DNA of 64,000 nucleotides from Octopus sinensis (Eukaryota): NCBI RefSeq assembly GCF_006345805.1, contig NC_043015.1, positions 42,098,001 to 42,162,000 of the forward strand, read 5' to 3'. Shown piece by piece: positions 37,318 to 49,745 of this stretch (position 1 is its first letter; each line of letters starts with the position of its first letter). The notes under the pieces were generated by a model. It saw only the letters and a program-made list of their open reading frames with translations, ran no database searches and was not told where the DNA came from. The position numbers and the translations under genes were made by a program.

Positions 37318-39150
37318 CGTCGCGACCTTTACTGTTAGTAGATGATTGGAACAACGTCTTGGAGCCACGTTTGGACTGTGTGGAGCTAGCTAATAGAACA
37401 GTGGATGGAAAAAGCCTCGCAGATCTGCTCAAACATTTCCAACTGTCTGTCAGGTCCCGACTGGACTTCCCAGATGAGCCAATTTGGGCGTGGACGAATC
37501 GCATCGGGTCATCCAGATCGTATCTAGACAAGGTACTTTGTAGGCCAGTAGATAAGGATAGCATACGGTGTCCATTTTTCAAACTCGTCAGCTAGACAGG
37601 CCACACGTTTGTGGTTTGAAAGGTCAACGTAAATGGGCTTAGACGGCAGGGACCCGGTTACTAGAAGCTGATTGCGTCAGTTGCAGTGTACCAAACTTAC
37701 AGAGATCGGATTAAAGAATTCGTTAAACGAGCCTCGGTGGCGGCAATCGTCAACAGCAAATGATGGTACGACCGGGAAAAAAGCAATTAGAGTAGAATCA
37801 GTTAGGTTTAGTAAGGTATTAGTGACAGAAAGGGGAAAAAATAGAAGGAAACTTGGAAACTTAGAAGAGGCGCTTAGGACAGGCATTGCAACCGACGCAC
37901 TGGCGGCGTGATTGGCCCTCCAATAATTCTTCAACGCTAAACATGAAGGTTTCATTGTCGGAACTAAGGAGTGTGCTCTAAGGCAAGAGGGAACAAAAAC
38001 CACTCGAAGCGCGCGAGTGGCAGAGGTATAACATGGTAACAAAGCCACAATTCGGTCTTTGGTAGACCAAAATGGACGTACGGTAGTCGAGCCCGAGCAG
38101 GTGTGTGCGGCATTTCAGCAGCTCTTCGCCCAACTGTTTGGAAAGAATGGCAATCCGGAATGCAAGATGGACTCCAGTACCTACCTGAACATGCCACGAT
38201 TCTCGGCAAGTGGGGTGAGGCGTTGAGAAATGCCGACAACAGCCGCGGAAATACGAGATGCGATGATGGGCTGCACAGGAAGAAAATCGCCTGCTTTGGA
38301 TGGTCTGCCCCACGAGATTCTTTGACGGCGACTTTGCAAAGATCTACAGCAACTGGGAGCAGAACTGGAGTATCCATAACTCTGTGGGCCGAGGGGCGGT
38401 AGCACTACTGAGAAAGGACCAAGACAAGAGGACCTAAATAGAACTTTCGGCCCATAACGCTGCCGGTCGCAGATTTCAAACTTTTGGCCAAAGTATTAAC
38501 AAAGTGGTTGGTTCTTGTCGAAGGACTGATTGGTGATGCGCAAACATGCGCAATCCCAAGCAGATCCATCCACGGCAACCACCACCACATACGATACATA
38601 ATAGATAGAATGGGTAAGGAAGCTGGCATGGGTGTGGCACTGATCAATTTGGGTCCCGTTTTACGTGGTTATATAGTTGCTATGTACAGTGACATTTGCT
38701 CGGTAGTTCGGGAGATTGGTTACCTATCTGAACCATTCAACATCATGCGTTCGGTCCGTCAAGGATGCCCACTCTCGTCTCTTCTGTATGTACTGGCTTT
38801 AGAGCCATTTCTGCGGAAATTGGAGGCGTTGAGCGGCATCCCGTTTGAAGTAGGAGTTGAGAGGACTATGTCGGCACACACAGACGATGTCACCGTGATA
38901 GTATTGAACAGCAAGCACATAGACTTGGATGGCGCTGCTCTAAAAGGTTATGAGGCGCTGACGGGAGCAAACTTTATCAAGAAAAGTCTGTGGGTCTGTT
39001 GGCACCTAGAATGGCAGGTCCATACCATCCAATAACGTCGTGGGAGGCTGGACAGAAGGACCAGTTAAACTGCTCGGTATCTGGTTCGGTCTAGATCTCC
39101 AGATCGAGAACTGGGACGAGGTGACGAGCAGGATGGCCAATGTTAGCTAG
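37318..39150 (+). mobile_element. Degenerate Tx1/L1-like LINE ORF2 in intron 1
   Basis: DWNNVL...SRSYLD (APE); AKVL...RSVRQGCPLSSLLYVLALEP...HTDDVTV (RT). Confidence 0.85.
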
Positions 39151-39407
39151 AAATGACCAAAGGACTTTAGCATCCATATGTTTTAAGAGTTGAAAGTAAT
39201 TATATGTTTGTATTTGCTAACTGTTGTAGCCCTTCTTCATTTGTTTTATGTGTTGTCCGAAATATTCTCAACACTCTTCCCTCTGTCCATATTTCAAAAG
39301 CTTCTAGTTTTTCAGACAGTTTTCGTCCATATCCATGTTTCTTCGATATATAAAAGTGTGGGCCTTATGTAACGTTTAACAAAGCCTTGTCCGTGTTTTT
39401 GTATCTA

Positions 39408-39814
39408 TTGGGTTGTCTGGAAAGTTCGTGCCGATTAATAGTAGCTTACCTTTCGACTTATTTTAGAACATGGTTGAGTCCATAAAATAGGATTTGACTA
39501 CACCTCCGTTTAGAGCACAGTTTAAGCTATCTTTTCATGGAAGAAGGTTTCTGTTCCTATAACTTGTGTTAATTTTGTAACCCTTTAAAATGGAAGATAA
39601 GAAAGTTCATTTTCGGCACTTGATGCTTTGGGAACCAGACAAAAATTGCTGCAGCTTGGCTGGGATGTGTTACCCCACCCTCCATATTCACCAGATATTG
39701 CTCCTTCGGATTTCCACTTATTCAGGTCTCTGCAGAATAGTCTTAATGGTTAAAATTTCAATTCCTTGGATGACGTAAAAAGATACCATGATGAATTCTT
39801 TGCCATGAAACCTG

Positions 39815-39862
<48 letters not shown>

Positions 39863-40083
39863 CAAAATGGAACGAGAACGCAAAACATCCAGACACCTTG
39901 ATGAATTCTTTGCCATAAAACCACCTCAATTCTGGGAAGAGGGTGTTTTCAAGTTAAAGGAAAGATGGAGACGCATTGTGCAACAAAATGGTTCATATTT
40001 AGTTGAATAAAAATATAATGGCAAGTATTTATTGACCTTTTTCTTTGCTTTAAACATCGGCACGGACTTGCCGGACAACCTAA
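39408..40083 (+). mobile_element. Internally deleted mariner element
   Basis: Same TIRs and TA TSD as 16984-17547; HPPYSPDIAPSD motif; internal TA-rich insertion. Confidence 0.9.
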
Positions 40084-40618
40084 TATATTCCTTGATGTTG
40101 AAGCTTTTGACGTATCTTCAAATGTTTTCCCTACAAACTCCTATTCTTCGTCTAATTTCAGTTTCACATTTCTTTACATACATTCAGTGTCCATGCGATC
40201 ATTACAATCACGTTAACATTTATTACAGGGGAAACTAAAACTGGCTTCCTGCTTAAAGTACATTGTCAACAGTTCCGAGGGGAGTGAAAGGGCGTTAGTC
40301 GATTACATCGACGCCCCCGGCACTTGACTGGTATTTTATTTTATCAATCTCGAAATGAGGAAAGGCTAAGCTAGGTATATGGCGGTATCTGTATAAAACT
40401 GACGCTTCAAACGTAAGAGTCGAATGTTACACATCTGACCAAAACAATGATGGCCTGTGAAATACGGGAAGGAAGGTGCAAGTCGATTGTGTCGATCCCA
40501 GTGTACAACTGGTACTTATTTTATCGAAAGGATGAAAAGCAGAATTGACCTCGGCGGGATTTGAACGCAGAACGGAAACAACCAGAAGTGTCGTGAAGCA
40601 TTTTGACCATAGCACTAA

Positions 40619-40678
<60 letters not shown>

Positions 40679-40691
40679 TAATAATAAAAAA

Positions 40692-41274
40692 TACCCTGAT
40701 GTAGTACCAGGCAGTGACTTTCAATGCCCTGGTGCAGTACCAGGCAGTGGCTCCCATGGCTTCTGATCTTAACTGATTGGAAGTGTTATTATGTACATTG
40801 TTTTGTCTTGGTATAAAAGATGGGCTACAGCAAATATTCTGCTCAATACCACAGATTTGCTTGTCAGTTGTTTGACCTTAACCAGTTGAGCATGTCCCTT
40901 AGTGGCTGACGATATGTGCATCTCTGATCACGAGCAGAAGTAGTGGGGGAGCATCATAGCCATGTGTTGCGAGGGATCCTTTGGGGTTTAGATAATTCAC
41001 CTCTGGAAACATGGGTGTTTCGTTCAACATCCTTAAACAACCCTTATTCAGGGACCTTTCGAGTGGGATGGGTTACTCGACCAGAAGAAAATTCTAACTG
41101 GGAATCCACCTGCAAGGTCATGTGCTGTTTATCTTGATATGAGATCACCATGTCGCGCACATATGGTTGTGGTGCATGCGCCTGGTGTACCCTTATCAGA
41201 CGGGTAGTCATGGTGGGTATACTGGGCTTCGTATATTTTACCCCAGTGTCACTTTGACGGCATGCGCTGCTCTT

Positions 41275-41336
<62 letters not shown>

Positions 41337-41884
41337 GCCCTGATGCAGTACCAGACAGTGGCTCTCATGGCTTCTGGTCTTAGCTGATTGGAAGTGTTAT
41401 CATGTACATTATTTTGTCTTGGTATAAAAGATGGGCTACAGCAAATATTCTGCTCAATACCACAGATTTGCTTGTCAGTTGTTTGACCTTAACCAGTTGA
41501 CCATGTCCCTTAGTGGCTGACGATATGTGCATCTCTGATCACGAGCAGAAGTAGTGGGGTAGCATCATAGCCATGTGTTGAGAGAAATTCTTTGGGGTTT
41601 GAATAATTCACCTCTGGAAACATGGGTGTTTCGTTCAACATCCTTAAACAACCCTTATTCAGGGACCTTTTGAGCGGGATGGGTTACTCGACCAGAAGAA
41701 AATTCTAGCTGGGCCCCACCTGCAAGGTCATGCACTGTTTGTCTTGATATGAGATCACCATGTCGCGCACATATGGTTGTGGTGCATGCGCCTGGTGTAC
41801 CCTTATCAGACGGGTAGTCATGGTGGGTATACTGGGCTTCGTATATTTTACCCCAGTGTCACTTTGACGGCATGCGCTGCTCTT

Positions 41885-41885
<1 letters not shown>
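40692..41885 (+). mobile_element. Tandem pair of the (AAT)n-flanked element
   Basis: 40692-41275 and 41335-41885 head-to-tail, separated by (AAT)n. Confidence 0.85.
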
Positions 41886-41945
<60 letters not shown>

Positions 41946-42121
41946 TGATGAGGAGGAGGAACACGAGGAGGAAGATAATGATAATGGTGGTACTACTGCT
42001 GCTTAGATAAAAATGACAATGAAAAGCCCGTCTCCATAGTATAAATGAACATAACACAAATCTCACTTCAGTCAAATACCACAGTCATTCAATCAACCTG
42101 TTTTATAGGCTGTACAGTAGA

Positions 42122-42391
42122 GTATGTATGTATGTATGTATGTATGTATGTATGTATGTGTGTATGAATGTATGTATGTATGCATGTATGTATGTATGTA
42201 TGTGTGTATGTGTGTGTATGTATGTATGTATGTATGTATGTATGTATGTATGTATGTGTGTATGTGTGTGTATGTATGTGTGTATGTATGTATGTATGTA
42301 TGTGTGTATGTGTGTACGTATGCATGCATGTATGTATGCATGCATGTATGTAGGTATGTATGTGTGCATGTATGTATGAATGTATGTATGA

Positions 42392-42424
<33 letters not shown>

Positions 42425-42480
42425 TGTATGTATGTATGTGTGTGTATGTATGTATGTATGTATGTATGGATGTATGGATG
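42122..42480. repeat. (TATG)n microsatellite
   Basis: Direct reading; source of the MYVC and HTYI ORFs. Confidence 0.95.
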
Positions 42481-42654
42481 TAGATTTTTATCTTTTGTTT
42501 TAGGTATGTCTTCTTATGCATATACTTACAAATCTACGGGTGCTCATATATACTCAAAGGATAAGCTTCTGGAAAGATTCTTACCGTTCCAGTGATGGCT
42601 TAGATCAGTAGTCTTCGAATTAGCTTTCTCCTTTCTGGTTTGAATGTACGTAAT

Positions 42655-42876
42655 TATACTCTTTTACTTGTTTCAGTCATTTGACTGCGGCCATACTGGA
42701 GCACCGCCTTTAGTCGAGCAAATCGACCCCGGGACTTATTCTTTGTAAGCCCAGTACTTATTCTATCGGTTTCTTTTGCCGAACCGCTAAGTGACGGGGA
42801 CGTGAACACACCAGCATCGGTTGTCAAGCAATGCTAGGGGGACAAACACAGACACACAAACATATACACACACACT

Positions 42877-42909
<33 letters not shown>

Positions 42910-43075
42910 TACGACAGGCTTCTTTCAGTTTCCGTCTACCAAATCCACTCACAAGGCATTGGTCGGCCCGGGGCTATAGAAGAAGACACTTGCCCAAGAT
43001 GCCACGCAGTGGGACTGAACCCGGAACCATGTGGTTGGTAAGCAAGCTACTTACCACACAGCCACTCCTGCGCCT
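42655..43075 (-). mobile_element. SINE family A
   Basis: Homology to 15453-15912. Confidence 0.85.
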
Positions 43076-43121
43076 TATATTATTAATTTATATTTATTAA
43101 TTATATGTGCTTCTTTTATAG

Positions 43122-43269
43122 ATTGTCCAGAGGGCGTTCAGATCAATGAATTATTTCGTTATCAGGGACAGTGTTCGGAGTGCAACTGTACAGGGACTTT
43201 GGACTTTACCGTTAATAAAGAAACTGGACTTCCAAATATGCATATCTTAATGAAGGGACCGTGTAAAAC
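43122..43269 (+). CDS. Exon 2 of secreted VWC/SVWC-like protein
   Basis: ttcttttatag acceptor, GTAAGT donor, 148 nt, phase 1 to 2; CPEGVQINELFRYQGQCSECNCTG...GPCK. Confidence 0.85.
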
Positions 43270-43344
43270 GTAAGTAGCTTCGAAATTCTACACAAACAAC
43301 AAACTATCATAAGTACACACGCATTCGATCATATACATACAACG

Positions 43345-43910
43345 ATGTCATGGGCAAACTGAGGCCCGCGGGACATCCTTAACGGCGCACCAAACTAAGA
43401 ATAACCTTGAATTTAGTAGTTCAGGCCCGCGGGACATCCTGAACGGCACACCAAACTAAGAATAACCTTGAATTTAGTAGTTCAGGCCCGCGGGACATCC
43501 TGAACGGCACACCAAACTAAGAATAACCTTGAATTTAGTAGTTCAGGCCCGCGGGACACCCTGAACGGCACACCAAATTAAGAATAACCTTGAATTTAGT
43601 AGTTCAGGCCCGCGGGACACCCTGAACGGCACACCAAACTAAGAATAACCTTGAATTTAGTAGTTCAGGCCCGCGGGACACCCTGAACGGCACACCAAAC
43701 TAAGAATAACCTTGAATTTAGTAGTTCAGGCCCGCGGGACACCCTGAACGGCGCACCAAACTAAGAATAACCTTGAATTTAGTAGTTCAGGCCCGCGGGA
43801 CATCCTGAACGGCACACCAAACTAAGAATAACCTTGAATTTAGTAGTTCGGCCTACCTGATGATGGGCCATGTCTCATGCGACCCGATTCTCGGATAGTT
43901 TGCCTATGCC
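43345..43910. mobile_element. hAT-like MITE with internal 61-bp x8 tandem array (43363-43850)
   Basis: catgggcaaact / agtttgcctatgcctg TIR-like ends; right flank CTCTAGAA; eight 61-bp units starting GGCCCGCGG. Confidence 0.65.
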
Positions 43911-45220
43911 TGCTCTAGAAGATCAAATGATCTGCTAGACATACCAGCCAAATGTCCTGAAACTTAAGCTTAGAATCACATCATAGTAAAAAGGAGGGAC
44001 ACGTTGAATAATGTAGTTTTAAATATAAGAATAGGCAGGATGGTCTCAACTGGAACGCCTTTGGCTGCAGTTATTCTCCATCAAAGATTTTTGGCGAATA
44101 GATATAATCTAAAGCAACAATCTCTCTCTCTCTCTCCTTCTCTCTTTCTCCTCTCTCTCTCTCTCTCTCACATGCACAAAAACATAAACACGAGGCAACG
44201 AGGGAGCCTATATGTGCTCGCTTACCTTGCTAGAAATACTAAGTAAATCAGCCTCACTCCTCAACAAACTGGCCTATAAAAAGAGACTTACTGCTGCGGG
44301 ATTAAATAGACTACCTTGCATCTCCTTAATCAATTATTTCTACTACAGCACCTTGGATTTAGGAGATGGAAACTGTGTGGAATCCCTTCGTGTTTATGAG
44401 TCTTTCTCTGTCTATGTATCTATCTTTCTGTCTTACTACTTATTTGTGTGTGTGCGCACATATGTATATATGGGAGTATGTGGGCATGTGTGCGTAGTGG
44501 GGCGAAGGAAACAGGTGAAGGGGGTGTCCTACCGGATTAATTAGTCCTACATACACATAGTTTGATGGGGGGTGGGGAAATGGCCACAGCTGGTTTCTTT
44601 TTCATCAGACGCCTGCTGGTCTGATGTAAATCTGCGCTAGGATTAAAATAACAACGACAAAAACAACAACAGCAACAATAACAACACAAACACCACCTTC
44701 AACAACAACACCAACAACAGTGGAGACGCAATGGCCCATTGGTTAGGGCAGCGGACTCGCGGTTTCGTTGTGTGTTTATTGAGCGAAAACACCTAAAGCT
44801 CCACGAAGCTCCGGCAGAGGGTGGTGGCGACCCCTGTTGTACTCTTTCGCCCCAACTTTCTCTGACCCTTTCTTCTTGTTTCTTGTCCCCGACTTCCTAC
44901 GCAACCTCTGACCCTGGATGCGCATTCATCCATCCGTCGATGCTCTCGGTGTCGGGGGGGGGGGGGGTTGACCTGCTTTCTCTTCTGCGGGTCTTACGAA
45001 TAGCAAAGGACCACGTTTCGGACTTCTCCCATCTTGCGGGCTCTGGGACGAAGACCGCTTCGCTCAACAGTAAGAGCAAGAACAACAACAAATACAGCCG
45101 CAGCCCCGGCAATATATTTCCCAGACAACTAAATTTGATGTTCCTTAGTTATGGCATGTTTCTAACACAGCCAAATCGTTTCTTTCATTTCAATATTTCT
45201 ATCTTATTCCTTTATTATAG

Positions 45221-45323
45221 ATGCGGTTCACAAATGCATAACTGTGCGGAAACGGAGATAGTCAATCCCGATGCAGATTATCCGGCTTGTTGTGAGGAAA
45301 GGTGTGTAACCAACTCCGGGTAA
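45221..45323 (+). CDS. Exon 3 (terminal) of secreted VWC/SVWC-like protein
   Basis: tttattatag acceptor, phase 2 (AC|A = Thr); CGSQMHNC...DADYPACCEERCVTNSG*. Confidence 0.85.
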
Positions 45324-45385
45324 ACACAGAACGGATTTCTTTATTTTGTTGAGAAGACTCTAAAGTCTGACTCTAGATTCATTAT

Positions 45386-45408
45386 AATAAATTCTCTGAA
45401 TGAATAAA
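45386..45408 (+). promoter_or_regulatory. Candidate polyadenylation signals
   Basis: AATAAA at 45386 and 45403, 60-80 nt after the stop codon. Confidence 0.5.
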
Positions 45409-45512
45409 TTGAATTAATTATGCTAATGACTTTAAAATGTTGTTATTTAGATTATAATTTTGCGAAGTATTCATTTCATCTTAAGATTGTGTCGCCGCTT
45501 TAACATGTTTAT

Positions 45513-45920
45513 ATTACTCTTTTACTTGTTTCGGTCATTTGACTGCGGCCATGCTGGGGCACCGCCTTTAATCGAGCAACTCGACCCCGGGATTTATTCT
45601 TTGTAAGCCCAGTACTTATTCTATCGGTCTCTTTTGCTGAACCGGGGACATAAACACACCAGCATCGGTTGTCAAGCAATGCTAGGGGGACAAACACAGA
45701 CACACGAACACTCACACGCATTTATATACATATATATATATATATACACATATATACGACGGGCTTCTTTCAGTTTCCGTCTACCAAATCCACTCACAAG
45801 GCTTTGGTCAGCCCGAGGCTATAGTAGAAGACACTTGCCCAAGATGCCACGCAGTGGGACTGAACCCGAAACTATGTGGTTGGTAAACAAGCTACTTACC
45901 ACACAGCCACTCCTGCGCCT
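45513..45920 (-). mobile_element. SINE family A
   Basis: Homology to 15453-15912. Confidence 0.85.
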
Positions 45921-46067
45921 ATATGTAGACTTCGTGCTTCTTTTAATTACGAAACTCGTCTTGTGGTTTTTATATATATCATATTGTCTCGGACTGGAAT
46001 CGAAACAAACCTTGGACCATGGACGTATTCAAGAATACGATACCAAATAAAGATTAGGACCAAAGAA

Positions 46068-46098
<31 letters not shown>

Positions 46099-46119
46099 TG
46101 TGTATACGTACAAATATTA

Positions 46120-46270
46120 TTTTTTTTCCTCTGTCTTCCCTTCTGTTTCCGACGAAGAGCTCCGCTCGAAACGTTAAACACTCCTTCTTTCCTGAGCGTC
46201 CAATAATACTATATTTGTTCCACGTCCTCGCGTGGTTGTTTTTTTTTTTTTGTGCTTTGTTTGGATTAAC
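46120..46270 (+). mobile_element. Hammerhead-bearing mini-element (GAGC family)
   Basis: UGUUU|CCGACGA-A-GAGC(UCC)GCUC-GAAAC-GUU|AAACA at 46144-46180. Confidence 0.65.
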
Positions 46271-46727
46271 TATATATATATATATATATATATTTCATTT
46301 ACTGCCGATTGTAGCTGCGCTTGCGCGGTGGATTTGAAAAATGCTAACGTATGTAGATGGAACATGTTTGTCTTCAGTGTTCTACAACCAAACATTAATT
46401 ATAGCGACCATGCTGATGAGACACGGATTGTAAATTATTTTATATGTTCATTGATGTCGAAACTCGAGTATAGGTGGTAACTATTGGAATGTTATATTTT
46501 TCATTCCCTTTAAAATTACTCTCTAGGGTTTGGGTTTTAACTGTCCTCTTAAGCATTTAAGGTGTCTTGTTAGGGTCACCTCTTTTGTGTATAGAAATGT
46601 AATCTAATTTATATACATGTGTGTGTAAGGTGTCTATAAACCATTTAAAAACACAAAAACCCTTAGATTTACTTCAACATTTAAATTTGATTTGCCAAAT
46701 TATATTCGTCGCTTTGATATATATATC

Positions 46728-47304
46728 AATAGTTATCGCCATACTAATATGGCAGTCCATAAATATAAGACTAAAGCTGTCGCTGATTAGCTCCAAGAGG
46801 CCATCGCCTCTAGCTAGCTATATGACACACGAACCTGCGTCCATTGCAACCTTCGAACAGGGGAGGTCAGCCGCTTCACCTTGCTAGTCAGACATGTTTC
46901 AGGGTTGTTGCTCTTTATCAATGCAACGTAGTCAGACCCAGCAGGTGTCGCTACTGACCGTCTGTTCGAAGATTTTATATACCTAGTTACAGTGGAATAC
47001 ATCCACTTGTTTTCAATAATAGAAATATTAAAATTACTAAGTCTCTCTAAAGGAGATTACGGCAGCGTTACTGGATATTAATAGTTATCGCCATACTAAT
47101 ATGGCAGTCCATAAATATAATTTGAAGGTTGTAATGGACGCAGGTTCGTGCGTCATATAGCTAGCTAGAGGCGATGGCCTCTTGGAGCTAATCAGCGACA
47201 GCTTTAGTCTTATATTTATGGACTGCCATATTAGTATGGCGATAACTATTAATATCCAGTAACGCTGCCGTATTCTCCTTTAGAGAGACTTAGTAATTTT
47301 AATA

Positions 47305-47312
<8 letters not shown>
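46728..47312. repeat. Nested direct/inverted duplication
   Basis: A(46728-46855), unique spacer, B+partial A(47021-47120), inverted A+B(47123-47312). Confidence 0.8.
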
Positions 47313-47363
<51 letters not shown>

Positions 47364-47364
47364 T

Positions 47365-47610
47365 GTTATTCTACCAATTATATACGTTTTTATTATTGTT
47401 TTGCAATTTACTTAATCTTCGGTATATTGTTATTTTAATATTTCTATTATATGTAATTTTCTAGATGGTGTAATTTAATTGTTCATTTTGAATTGATAAA
47501 AGGTGTTTTTTTCTAATTTATATATATATATTATATTTTCTGATATTTGATTTAGTATTTCTAAATTGAATTTTTCCCTGTAAGTTGGGAATAATATTCC
47601 CTTAAATAAT
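47365..47610 (+). mobile_element. PLE terminal fragment homologous to 2979-3250
   Basis: Begins gttattctacc, the sequence immediately 3' of the hammerhead GUC at 2976-2978. Confidence 0.7.
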
Positions 47611-47613
47611 TAT

Positions 47614-47645
<32 letters not shown>

Positions 47646-49099
47646 TCATGAGGCTTCCAAATAGGAAAGCCTTGTGCTAGAAAGAGCAGTAAAAAACTCA
47701 AACCACCAATTAAGGATAAATTCTCGAAAGGAATGAAAATTAAAAACGTTTACCATCTCAATTATTTCCCAGACCATGGTTTCAGCCTAATGACTAATTC
47801 GTTTTGTGCAAGGCCACTGGTAATAATAATTTATTATTATTTACTATGTTTAAATATTCTCTGATAAATTTGTTCGAAATTTTTACTGGCATCCTTTCTG
47901 TCGCCGGAAATAATCTGCGTCTGCGCAGTGGTCTGAAAAGTTAGGATATACAGGCAGTTAGTTTTACATGTGGATCTGGCTGGGTGTATATTTGAAATCC
48001 AAAGGATTTCCCACTGATGAAAACTGGCCTCAGCGAATATTCTTTTGCTGGAAATAGTTAGAAACCATGAACAAACATCCTTTTCACAGAAGAAATAACT
48101 AGTATTATGAAGGAACAGGCATGGCTGTGTCCTGAGAAGCTTGCTTCTCAACCACATGGTTCTGGGTTCAGTCCCACTGCATGGCACCTTGGGCAACCAT
48201 CTACTATAGCCTCAGACTGACCAAAACTTAGTGAGTGGATTGCGTAGACGGGGCATGGCTGTGTGGTTAGGGAGCTTGCTTCTTAACTGCATGGTTTCGG
48301 GTTCAGTCCCACTGTGTGGCACTTTGGGTAGGTGTCTTTCACTATAGCCCCGAGCCGACCGGAGCTTTGTGATTGAATTCGGTAGGTGGAAGTTACTGCC
48401 GTGTGTGTATGTGTGCGTATAGCTGCTCAGTACCTCTCTGAAAGGGAAAGAGGGAGGAAAACTGAAAGAAGCCTATTTTGTGTGTGTGTGTTCCACTTGA
48501 CAACCAATGCCAGTGTTTTTAAGTCCCCTTTAACTTAGCGGTTTGGCAAAAGTGATAGACTAAGTGCTAGGCCTGCAACGAATAAATCTTGGGGTTGATT
48601 TCTCTGACTAAAACTCTTTAAGGCAGTGCTCCAGCAAGGCCCCAGTCAAATGGCTGGAACAAGTAAAAGAATAAAAGAACATACAAAATTGCTTATATGA
48701 CAAGCGTCCCATGATCTGAACACAAGCGGACTGGAAGAACACTCGATGTATATGCCTATGTCAATGGAATTCACAAGGCTTTGGTCAGGTCTGGGAATAA
48801 CAGAGGTCACTTGCAGTGTGATTGAACTTGGAACCAAATGGTTAGGAAGCAAACTTTTCAAACTTCCCCAGAGATTGGATAAATGCACAGTACCGAATGG
48901 GCCACTTTTGGTGAGCAGAACTGGTGATGTGAAACTGAAATAAACTTCTCCATTTTACCATTTTAGATTCAGTCCCATTGCACAGTACTTTGGTTAGTCA
49001 TGGGCGATAGTAGTAAGCACTTGCCCAGTGTCTTAGTGGATAATATATGAGAGAGAGAGAGAGAGAGAGAGTATGTGTGTGCGTGCGTGGTAGACACAT

Positions 49100-49745
49100 C
49101 ATTTAACATCTACTTTCCATGTTGGCATGGGCAAGACAGTTTAACTGGAACGCTGCACCACATTCCAGTCTCATTTGGCATGGCTTCTATGACTGGATGC
49201 CCTTCCTAATGCCAACCACTCCTAGATTGTAATGCATCCTTTTTACATATATATCCTGTGTAGATAAAATATACATATTATCGTTTAACGTCCGTTTTCC
49301 ATGCTAGCATGGGTTGGACGGTTCGATCGGGGTCTGGGAAGCCAGAAGGCTGCACCAGGCTCCAGTCTGATCTGGCAGTGTTTCTACAGCTAGATGCCCT
49401 TCCTAACGACAACCACTCCTAGATTGTAATGCATCCTTTTTACATATATATCCTGTGTAGATAAAATATACACATCATTATCGTTTAACGTCCGTTTTCC
49501 ATGCTAGCATGGGTTGGACAGTTCGATCGGGGTCTGAGAAGCCAGGAGACTGCACCAGGCTCCAGTCTGATCTGGCAGTGTTTCTACAGCTGGATGCCCT
49601 TCCTAACGCCAACCACTCAATGAGTGTAGTGGGTGCTTTTTACACGCCACTGACACAGGGGCCAGAAGAGGCTGGCAAACGACCACAATCGGTTGGTGCT
49701 TTATATGTGTCACCGACACAGACGCCAGTCAGGCTGTGCTGGCAT
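49100..49745. mobile_element. SINE-like family C ((GAT)n-tailed) with about 200-bp tandem duplication
   Basis: catcgtttaacgtccgttttccatgctagc family; also at 53055, 54295, 56370, 60370-60685, 61480 and 62765. Confidence 0.75.

Noticed and set aside
39190-39372. Alternative signal-peptide exon for the secreted protein
   Set aside because: It starts at TTG and has no suitable phase-1 donor. 36524-36602 fits much better.
43363-43850. CRISPR-like regular array
   Set aside because: Contiguous near-identical units with no unique spacers, no cas genes, and a eukaryotic context.
47772-47810. Hammerhead-like GAAAC-CAUG-GUC (-)
   Set aside because: It has a palindromic loop but no recognisable CUGANGA core; left uncounted, as was a similar case near 46891.
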